Shown here: positions 37,725 through 45,644 of the stretch, piece after piece
Position numbering within the stretch: the first letter of the stretch is position 1
How the letters are laid out: each line of letters starts with the position of its first letter
Origin: Bacteroidales bacterium
GTDB taxonomy: Bacteria; Bacteroidota; Bacteroidia; Bacteroidales; F082
Length of the DNA stretch: 64,000 bases
Direction of reading: 5' to 3'
Assembly: GCA_045616045.1 (NCBI GenBank)
Contig: JAZLGA010000026.1
Coordinates: 674 to 64,673 of the forward strand
Made by a program: the position numbers and the translations under genes
Notes under the pieces: generated by a model
The model's input: the letters and a program-made list of their open reading frames with translations, nothing else
Database searches by the model: none
Told to the model about the DNA's origin: nothing

Positions 37725-37784
37725 AAAAGCATTTATAATGAGACCGTGCCAGTGAAGCTGAATATGGATTGTTTGTTTGGGTGA
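37725..37784 (+). pseudogene. orphan 3' tail of another DUF234-type ATPase paralog
   Basis: Encodes KSIYNETVPVKLNMDCLFG*, matching the tails at 31940-31986 and 35540-35598 rather than the adjacent intact gene. Confidence 0.6.
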
Positions 37785-37789
37785 AAATG

Positions 37790-38740
37790 CTAGTTCAATA
37801 ATTGAAGCGAATCCAGTTTTCTTGCAAAATCAAATGTAAACTTGTCAGTTCCTTCTGGATTTAGATGGACTGAAACACAAAAATTGGAAGTGTCGTTACA
37901 CAAATCATAGTCTTTTGTGTAGTTTAAGTATAGGAAGCCATATTTTTCTACAATGTCAGAGAAATATGAATTTAGCTCTTCCATGTTTTCAACTTTGGCA
38001 GTCGTAACTGAATAGACAGGAGAATTAACCAAAACGACGAATACATTATTTTGTTTGCAGTCGGCTAAAAAGTCTTCAAACAATTTTACAGACCTTTCAT
38101 CGAAGGAACCTTTTATGGTTTTTAATTTTGCAGCTTCCGTTCCATCCCATGTTCCTTTTTCAGGGCTGAATCCTTTGTATGTTGGTCTGTCAACGAAATG
38201 CTTTAAATGTAAAAATTCAAGCAAACCATTCTTGATAACCATTTGGTAGCCGTTATATCTGTAAAGTGGACAATATAATTCCAAAAATCCATAGCCGAGT
38301 TTTCTTAATTCTTTTCTCATGGTCTTGTCGTAAACAGCTGGGAAAAACCGCTGTGAATCATGTTGATGACGAATATCATCCATGAAACCTAAAGTACCAA
38401 AACTCATTTCTTGAATAATAACTTTTGGCAAAGTATTGTGCTTTTTATAGCACTCATATTCTGCAATTTGAACATTAAATGGACATCCTCCAAGTCCGAT
38501 GTCATAGGAATCGGCATTACATACAGAATCGATGATAGCTGTATTGAAGTGAGAAAAACCTCTTGAATTTCCCATAATCAACACATTGTGATTCATATCG
38601 CCTTTCATTATTTGGTTAAATACTTCGAACCTATAACAGTCTGTCTTTCTCAAACCAGAACTAATCATCACATCTAAAAATACAGACAATAGAAGTAATA
38701 TAATGGCAAATATTATGGTTTTCTTGATGAACTTTTTCAT
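37790..38740 (-). CDS. SGNH/DltD-like periplasmic partner of MBOAT (module B)
   Basis: One TM helix; VLIMGNSRG (block I-like) and VSVHLNPEG (block V-like); ATG 2 nt after the MBOAT stop; little visible identity to the module A partner. Confidence 0.6.
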   Translation of the reverse strand: MKKFIKKTIIFAIILLLLSVFLDVMISSGLRKTDCYRFEVFNQIMKGDMNHNVLIMGNSRGFSHFNTAIIDSVCNADSYDIGLGGCPFNVQIAEYECYKKHNTLPKVIIQEMSFGTLGFMDDIRHQHDSQRFFPAVYDKTMRKELRKLGYGFLELYCPLYRYNGYQMVIKNGLLEFLHLKHFVDRPTYKGFSPEKGTWDGTEAAKLKTIKGSFDERSVKLFEDFLADCKQNNVFVVLVNSPVYSVTTAKVENMEELNSYFSDIVEKYGFLYLNYTKDYDLCNDTSNFCVSVHLNPEGTDKFTFDFARKLDSLQLLN

Positions 38741-38742
38741 AG

Positions 38743-40176
38743 TTAAAATTGAAAATAGATGAAATTGACGGTATTACCTCCAAATGCGAACAACCAGAAT
38801 AATGTGGCAAAATAGAATCCATATCGAATGATTGGAGATTTTATGTACGATAAGTCGAAAGAATGTTGTTTTTCTCTTTGAATCCATTCGATAATTATCA
38901 GTATGATAATGTTTAATAATAATGCTGTTATACCAGATGTGTTAGGTCTTGAAAACAAACTATTATCACAAATTCCGCAAACATACTCCCAAGCCTGGCC
39001 AATGCTTTCAGCCCTGAAGATAATCCATCCGATGACAGCGAGGAAAAATGTCAGCAGCATCTGCCCAGCTTCCTTGAAAGTAGGCAGGACACGCCCAGCC
39101 GCCACAATGTCGGTGTGCTTGCGGTTCTTGCCAAGCAGAATGAGCGGCAGGAACAGAACCGCATGATAGGCTCCCCATGCAATGAAAGTCCAGTTGGCGC
39201 CATGCCAGAAACCGCTCAGCAGGAAAATGACGAAAGTGTTGCGAATCACCTTGGCCTTCGAGCAGCGGCTGCCGCCCAACGGAATATAGACGTAATCGCG
39301 GAACCAAGTCGTGAGCGAGATGTGCCACCTGCGCCAGAACTCGGCAATGTCGCGGCTGAAATACGGCACATTGAAATTGCGCATCAGCCTGATGCCAAAC
39401 AGTTTTGCCGTACCAATGGCGATGTCGGAATAACCCGAAAAGTCGCCGTAAATCTGGAAAGTGAACAGGATGGCAGCCAAAAGCAATGTGCTGCCGCTTT
39501 GGTCTTGATAGGTGTTGAAAACCTGATCGACATAAACGGCGCAATTGTCAGCCACCACGATTTTCTTGAACAAGCCCCAAAGGATTTGCCTCATGCCATC
39601 GACGGCTTCGTTATAGTCGAATTTCCTTGGTTTCTCAAATTGCGGCAAGAGGTTCGTGGCTCGCTCGATGGGGCCAGCCACCAATTGAGGAAAGAAACTT
39701 ACAAAAGCGAAAAACTGCACAATATCATGCGTTGCCTTCAGCTTGCCACGATAGACATCAATACTGTAGCTCAAGGCTTGGAAAGTGTAGAAACTGATGC
39801 CGACAGGCAAAATGATTTTCAGCAGCAGACCATCGGTCTTGCCATCGAGGAACAGGTTGGCAAAAGATGTAACGAAGAAATCGTAATACTTGAAAACGCC
39901 TAAAATCAGCAGGTTGAGGACAATGTTCAAGACGTTGATGGTCTTTGCCTTTTTCGGCGTTTCGCGGTATTTTTCAATCAGCAAACCGCTTCCCCAACTG
40001 CAAAAGGAGGTGAAAGCGATGAGGAACAAAAAACGCCAGTCCCACCAGCCGTAGAAGATGTAGGAAACGACGACGATGAACAGGTTCTGCAACTTCAGGT
40101 TCTTCTTGAACGCGAACCAATAGAGCAAAAACACTATGGGCAGAAATACTGCAAATTCTATGGAGTTGAATAACAT
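38743..40176 (-). CDS. MBOAT family O-acyltransferase (AlgI/DltB-like), module B, intact
   Basis: 477 aa, polytopic; FWRRWHISLTTWFRDYVYIPLGG with the conserved His; FLLSGFWHGANW. Confidence 0.85.
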   Translation of the reverse strand: MLFNSIEFAVFLPIVFLLYWFAFKKNLKLQNLFIVVVSYIFYGWWDWRFLFLIAFTSFCSWGSGLLIEKYRETPKKAKTINVLNIVLNLLILGVFKYYDFFVTSFANLFLDGKTDGLLLKIILPVGISFYTFQALSYSIDVYRGKLKATHDIVQFFAFVSFFPQLVAGPIERATNLLPQFEKPRKFDYNEAVDGMRQILWGLFKKIVVADNCAVYVDQVFNTYQDQSGSTLLLAAILFTFQIYGDFSGYSDIAIGTAKLFGIRLMRNFNVPYFSRDIAEFWRRWHISLTTWFRDYVYIPLGGSRCSKAKVIRNTFVIFLLSGFWHGANWTFIAWGAYHAVLFLPLILLGKNRKHTDIVAAGRVLPTFKEAGQMLLTFFLAVIGWIIFRAESIGQAWEYVCGICDNSLFSRPNTSGITALLLNIIILIIIEWIQREKQHSFDLSYIKSPIIRYGFYFATLFWLFAFGGNTVNFIYFQF

Positions 40177-40282
40177 GACAAAATACTTGAAATTGCTTGG
40201 AACACGCAGAAAATTCTGTGTGCAAAATTATTTCCCATAACTTGAAACTCAAAAAAACGCCATTGCAATCTTCACAACAAAT

Positions 40283-40301
40283 CATTGCGATTTTTACAAT
40301 G
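40283..40301. promoter_or_regulatory. 19-bp inverted-repeat site CATTGCGATTTTTACAATG
   Basis: CATTG-N9-CAATG; 17/19 identical to 40659-40677; lies between the HTH gene stop and the MBOAT-B start. Confidence 0.45.
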
Positions 40302-40331
40302 GTTCCCAAACGCAATCATGATTGCAAACTT

Positions 40332-40571
40332 TCAAGCATTCTTTTGCAAAAGCTGGTCGCCAACGACAAGCGAATATTCGTAACAGAAATTGAAATTCAA
40401 GGAGAGGGAAATGCGGCGCAAGAGATCCATGTCCATGGAAGGCTTTTTCAGGATGCGGTTGAAGTTGCCCGTGTCGCAATGCACCTTGCGGGCCAGCCAC
40501 GCCTCGCTGCGTTCCTGCTCTTTCAGTTTCGCCTTTATCGCATTGCCTATGTGGTACTCTTCCGATTCCAT
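40332..40571 (-). CDS. small XRE-like helix-turn-helix protein
   Basis: 79 aa; IGNAIKAKLKEQERSEAWLARKVHCDTGNFNRILKKPSMDMDLLRRISLSL fits an HTH_3-type pattern. Confidence 0.6.
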   Translation of the reverse strand: MESEEYHIGNAIKAKLKEQERSEAWLARKVHCDTGNFNRILKKPSMDMDLLRRISLSLNFNFCYEYSLVVGDQLLQKNA

Positions 40572-40658
40572 CCTTTTGTTTTCCTTGCGTTATCATTGCA
40601 AAAATACAATTAGACGATTGTTTTCCGGTAATCTATCGTTGCAAAGTTTACAATGCTT

Positions 40659-40677
40659 CATTGCGTTATTTACAATG
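40659..40677. promoter_or_regulatory. 19-bp inverted-repeat site CATTGCGTTATTTACAATG
   Basis: 88 nt upstream of the HTH start, embedded in an array of TACAATG / CATTGC half-sites (40594-40693). Confidence 0.45.
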
Positions 40678-40998
40678 TTTTCTGCCTACAATGAAAAAGC
40701 GCAGGATTTGATTGTATAGTTTCCGAGGGCTATCACACCCTTCACATCAATACAATTTATGCCTGCGCCAACAAGCAAGCATCAACTTGTATTCTGTGAT
40801 GTGATTGAAAGTGGTAGTTTCGGAAACTCACGAATAAAAGCTAACGCTAATTCAGTATGTCAAAATGATTATCTTTCTGTTTCTTTCTTTTATACCTTAT
40901 TAATATGTGGTTTGTGTTTATTTGGCAAACGTAAGGTTTTATTGGTTTTGGAGGCAAAAAAATGTCACTTTTCACATTCCGCGAAACAAAAACTTTTC

Positions 40999-41006
40999 TA
41001 TTTTTG
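40999..41006 (+). promoter_or_regulatory. Bacteroidetes -7 box TAttTTTG
   Basis: 66 nt upstream of the ATG at 41073. Confidence 0.4.
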
Positions 41007-41072
41007 CCGTAATATTTCTTAAAAACGTGCGAAAACAGCGTATTTAACATTGACTATACGTGAATTTATTCT

Positions 41073-42422
41073 ATGAAACGCAAGGTTTACAGCAAGTTAC
41101 TCGATTGGAAGCAAAGAAGAAAGGGCGAAGTGGCCATTTTGATTGACGGTCCACGATGTGTTGGGAAAAGTTACATTGCCCAGACATTTGGACAAAACGA
41201 ATACAAATCCTACATTATAATCGATTTCAGCGATGACAATCCTCAAGTAAGGCAGATTTTCGACAAATACCTGAACGACTTGGACATGCTGTTTTCTTCC
41301 CTTTAGCTGCATTACCATACCACGCTTTACCAAAGAGAATCACTCATCATCTTCGATGAGATACAGTTTTATCCTAAAGCAAGAGCCTCCATCAAGCGTT
41401 TGGTTGCCGACCGAAGATACGACTACATTGAAACCGGCTCATTGGTCAGTATCAACAAGAATGTCAAGGACATACTGATTCCGTCCGAAGAACATCACAT
41501 TGACATGAACCCGATGGATTTTGAGGAATTCCTTTGGGCAATGGGTAACGAAATGCTAATGCCGCATATTAAGGAATGTTTTGAAAAAAAGCAAGTCTTG
41601 GGGCCTATCCATCGTCAAGCCATGGAATATTTCAGGCAGTACCTCATTGTTGGCGGTATGCCGCAAGCCGTACTGAAATATGCGGAAAACCGAAATTTCA
41701 TGGAAGTGGACGAGGTGAAACGCGAAATCCTGAAACTATACAGAGCCGACATCAGCAAATATGCTACTGGGTACGAAAGCAAAGTCACAAGCATTTTCGA
41801 CAAAATCCCGGCGGCATTACAGCGTCATGAAAAGAAATTCCATTTGTCCGACATCAAATCGACAGCCAGATTCCGCGATTATGAAAGCTCGTTTTTCTGG
41901 CTACAGGAATCAAGAGTCGTCAACATTTGCCATGCTGCCACGGAACCAGGCGTTGGACTAAGAATGAAAATGGACGGAATGTCACTAAAATGCTACATGG
42001 CCGATACAGGATTGCTCATTTCCCATGCTTTCGACGAAAACGGCATCGTGCAAGAAGACATTTACCAGAAACTCCTATTAGACAAACTGGAAGTAAACAA
42101 AGGCATGTTGGTCGAAAACATCGTAGCACAAATGCTGCACGCATCCGAGCATCAACTTTATTTCTTCTCAAATTATTCACTGACAGACAGAGACGAAAGA
42201 ATGGAAATCGATTTTCTCATTCGCAAAAGCACCATTACATCACGGCACAACATTTCACCCATCGAAGTCAAATCGGGCAATGGTTACAGTTTGTCATCGC
42301 TGACTAAATACATTAAGAAGTATGGCGAGCAATTGTCAACGCCATACGTTTTACACTCTTCCGACTTGTTTGAGAAAGATGGCATCTGCTACCTGCCACT
42401 TTACATGACACCTTTGCTGTAA
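41073..42422 (+). pseudogene. AAA_14 / DUF4143-type ATPase interrupted by one in-frame TAG
   Basis: ORFs 41073-41306 and 41400-42422 are in the same frame; the only interruption is TAG at 41304-41306; Walker A IDGPRCVGKSYI, Walker B LIIFDEIQ just after the stop. Confidence 0.75.
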
Positions 42423-42423
42423 G

Positions 42424-43383
42424 TTATTTCAGTTTCTCCACAATCGCCTCAATGCTAACGCCTTCGGCTTGGGCGGTGTAGTTGCGTAAGATGCGGTGGC
42501 GTAGCACTGGAACAGCCACTCTTTTGACATCTTCAATGTCGGGAGCGTATTTGCCGTTGAGCAAGGCGTTTGCCTTGGCACCTAATATGAGGTATTGCGA
42601 AGCTCGCGGACCTGCACCCCAACTCAGATAGCGGTTGGCCCATTCGTGCGCCTTGTCTGTTGACGGACGGGTAGAGGCAACAAGACTTACAGCATATTCA
42701 TATACATTGTCGGAGACTGGAACTCGGCGTACAAGTTGTTGGAACCATGTTATCTCGTCGGATGTTATGACTGATTCGACTTTTGTCTCATGACCCATGG
42801 TGGTGTTTTTCACTATGTTAACTTCATCTTCGTATGATGGGTAGTCGAGAACTATATTGAACATAAAACGGTCAAGTTGGGCTTCAGGCAACGGGTATGT
42901 GCCTTCTTGTTCTATCGGGTTTTGTGTGGCAAGAACGAAGAAAGGTTCTTTTAGTTGGTATGTCTTGCCAGATACGGTGATTTGTTTTTCCTGCATGGCC
43001 TCAAGCAATGCGGCTTGTGTTTTGGGAGGTGTGCGGTTTATCTCGTCGGCGAGAATTATGTTGGCAAATATCGGGCCTTTCACAAACTTGAAGGCCCTGT
43101 TTTCGTCAAGTATCTCGGTGCCTACAATGTCAGAAGGCATAAGGTCGGGGGTGAACTGTATGCGGCTGAAACTTAATCCCAGTGCTTTGCCTATGGTGTC
43201 GATGAGCAAGGTCTTTGCCAAGCCTGGAACGCCAACAAGCAAAACGTGACCTCGGCAGAAAATGGAGAGTAATGTGTCGTGTATCACTTCATCTTGTCCT
43301 ACAATAACTTTGCCTGCCTCGGACTTAAGTTGTCTGTATTTCTCGACAAGAGCCTTGGCTCCTTCAACATCAGTTGGGTACAT
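42424..43383 (-). CDS. MoxR-family AAA ATPase
   Basis: 319 aa; Walker A GVPGLAKT, ILADEINRTPPKTQAALLEAMQE, VLATQNPIEQEGTYPLPEAQLDRF. Confidence 0.9.
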   Translation of the reverse strand: MYPTDVEGAKALVEKYRQLKSEAGKVIVGQDEVIHDTLLSIFCRGHVLLVGVPGLAKTLLIDTIGKALGLSFSRIQFTPDLMPSDIVGTEILDENRAFKFVKGPIFANIILADEINRTPPKTQAALLEAMQEKQITVSGKTYQLKEPFFVLATQNPIEQEGTYPLPEAQLDRFMFNIVLDYPSYEDEVNIVKNTTMGHETKVESVITSDEITWFQQLVRRVPVSDNVYEYAVSLVASTRPSTDKAHEWANRYLSWGAGPRASQYLILGAKANALLNGKYAPDIEDVKRVAVPVLRHRILRNYTAQAEGVSIEAIVEKLK

Positions 43384-43408
43384 AATGAAAATGCTTGTTG
43401 TTTGTTAT

Positions 43409-44794
43409 TTATTTAAAGTCCCACGAATAGCGGAAATCGCAGTCTTTGTAGTCTTCGTCAACGTGGACGTATGCTCTGTTGGCTCTTGCCCTAACCCATT
43501 TCTCTATGGCGTTTTGTTTCTTTAACTGCAGGGCGGCCGACTGTATCATGTCATAATCTTGGTTTATGTTTGCCCTGTGGGCTTCAATACGATTTTTCAC
43601 CATTACTATTCTGAATGCATCCTTGTTGTCGTTGGTGGTCATTGGGACTGGGTCGCTTATCTCACCATCCTCAAGTCGATTGATAACAAAAGAGAGGTTC
43701 TTGTATTCGTTATAGTAAGGTTCCATCTCTTGCATTTCTTGTATGCTCATCATATTGGCTCCTGTAGCCAGGTTGACAATGTGTCCACCGTTGTTGCGGG
43801 TGTCGTCGTCACTGAATTTTTTGCAGGCTTCCTCAAAGGTGATGTTCCCTTTGCGTATTTGGTTTACAATCGAGTCAAGTTGGTTTTGTGCAGCCTCAAG
43901 CGATTCAACCGAGACCTTCGCTGACATGAGTATGTGGCGGCAGTTGACCATATTGTCGCGTTTTTCTATAAGTTGTATTATGTGGAAACCAAACTCAGTC
44001 TCTACTACCTCTGAAATTTCTCCTTCGCGCAGTCCGAATGCTGCTGTTTCAAACTCTTGTGCAAATTCGCCTTTGCCCGTAAATCCTAATTCGCCACCTT
44101 TTGAGGCTGACCCAGGGTCTTCTGAATAGAGTACGGCCATTGTCGAGAAACTTTCGCCGTCAAGAATACGTCTTCTGATCTGGTATAATTTTTCTTTGAT
44201 GGCCAACTTCTCGTCAATGCTGATGGGGGGCCGCTTGACAATTTCCACTACCTCATATTTTGTGTTGACCATAGGCAAACTGTCTGTAGGAATAGAATTG
44301 TAAAAGGCTCTCACTTCAGACGGCGTCACTAGTATATCCTTTGAAATGTCGTTTTCTACTTGTTCCTGAATCAGATGCTCTTGCACTGGTTGGCGCAAGT
44401 CTTCCTTGATTTCGCTCATTGTCTTGCCAAAATAGGTCTCAAGATTTTCTTTTGAACCTGTGCGTGATACAAGCATATTGATACGCCTTTCAATCTCATC
44501 CTCAACTTGATCGTTGCTGACAGTGATGCTGTCCATCTCGGCTTGGTTAAGAAGCAGTTTCTGAAACATCATGTCCTCAAGGATTTGGCATTGTAGCGAG
44601 CGTGCTGTGCCAGAAACGGATCCTTGCATGCGCAACTGAAGGTATTGTACTTCAATGTCTGACTGAAGAATTATGTTCTTGCCCACTATGGCAGCAACCT
44701 TGTCAATGGGTATCGACTTGTTGCTTTGTGCCATCGACGGTAATGCCATTGTTATGACTATGGACAGATAGATGAGTTTTTTAAGTGTGTTCAT
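43409..44794 (-). CDS. SurA-like peptidylprolyl isomerase (parvulin domains)
   Basis: Start set to MNTLKKLIYLS (ATG 1 nt after the upstream stop); signal peptide; FGFHIIQLIE and CRHILM parvulin motifs. Confidence 0.8.
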   Translation of the reverse strand: MNTLKKLIYLSIVITMALPSMAQSNKSIPIDKVAAIVGKNIILQSDIEVQYLQLRMQGSVSGTARSLQCQILEDMMFQKLLLNQAEMDSITVSNDQVEDEIERRINMLVSRTGSKENLETYFGKTMSEIKEDLRQPVQEHLIQEQVENDISKDILVTPSEVRAFYNSIPTDSLPMVNTKYEVVEIVKRPPISIDEKLAIKEKLYQIRRRILDGESFSTMAVLYSEDPGSASKGGELGFTGKGEFAQEFETAAFGLREGEISEVVETEFGFHIIQLIEKRDNMVNCRHILMSAKVSVESLEAAQNQLDSIVNQIRKGNITFEEACKKFSDDDTRNNGGHIVNLATGANMMSIQEMQEMEPYYNEYKNLSFVINRLEDGEISDPVPMTTNDNKDAFRIVMVKNRIEAHRANINQDYDMIQSAALQLKKQNAIEKWVRARANRAYVHVDEDYKDCDFRYSWDFK

Positions 44795-44795
44795 A

Positions 44796-45644
44796 TCAAT
44801 AAACTTCAAAAGCGTTTTCTTTTATTGCTTGGTTGTACAGGTCTGTGTTCATTTGTCGTATTAGTTCTTGTTTGCGTTTGAGCAGGATGAGGGACCTTAT
44901 GTTGTCAAACTCCACTTCAAGCGGCGACACATCGTCTTGCAGAAGGTAGTCTTCAAAACGTATCATTATGGTTTTGTCATCGTCTTCAAAACTCACAAAC
45001 TTGTTCTTCTTGAAGAAACTTTGGGAATTGTATATCTCTATGGGTATTAGTGACAGAAAATCTTCAAGGCACACCCATGAGTCTATCTCAGATGAAAACA
45101 GCACGGCTTCTTTTTCTGCCATGTCGTTAAACTCTTGTATCATCAGGGTGTCTCTGTCGCTGAGCAGCTCGTGAATCTTCTTGATGCTTTTTGACGAGGA
45201 GTTGACAACGGCGTATGCAACTCTTACCATATCATGTCGTAGGTGGAAGTTGTCCTTGTTAAGTTCGTAATATTGTTCTATCTCATTGTCGGATACAACT
45301 GTGTCAAGTTTCTGTTCTATAATCTGTGTCTCAAAGGCATATACCACCAAAGAGTTTCGGTATGTGTTGAGTTCTTTGCTGAAATCAAGTTGGTCGTTGT
45401 CCAGGCTATGTTCGGCTTGATGCAGAAGTATCTGTTGTGTTATCCAGTTGTTGACAAAGTTGTTCACGCGCTCAATGCTATCGGCGGGGCTCATCTCTGA
45501 TGTGGTGACGCCCGACAGATCCGATTCGTATAGTTTCTTGTCGTAGCACTTGGCCACAAGAAGTCCTTTCTCGTTGCTTGTTTCAAAACACGAGGTCGCG
45601 ACAAGAGCCAATAGGCATATTACGAATAGGCGTGAAAGTCTCAT
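44796..45644 (-). CDS. lipoprotein, unknown function (SurA-N-like helical protein?)
   Basis: Lipoprotein signal LALVATSCFE; sits between two PPIase genes with 4-nt and 1-nt junctions. Confidence 0.55.
   Translation of the reverse strand: MRLSRLFVICLLALVATSCFETSNEKGLLVAKCYDKKLYESDLSGVTTSEMSPADSIERVNNFVNNWITQQILLHQAEHSLDNDQLDFSKELNTYRNSLVVYAFETQIIEQKLDTVVSDNEIEQYYELNKDNFHLRHDMVRVAYAVVNSSSKSIKKIHELLSDRDTLMIQEFNDMAEKEAVLFSSEIDSWVCLEDFLSLIPIEIYNSQSFFKKNKFVSFEDDDKTIMIRFEDYLLQDDVSPLEVEFDNIRSLILLKRKQELIRQMNTDLYNQAIKENAFEVY

Noticed and set aside
40312-40325. Palindrome gcaatcatgattgc as a transcription terminator after the HTH gene
   Set aside because: It has no loop and no U tract. It is more plausibly a protein-binding palindrome and is reported with the operator-like sites.
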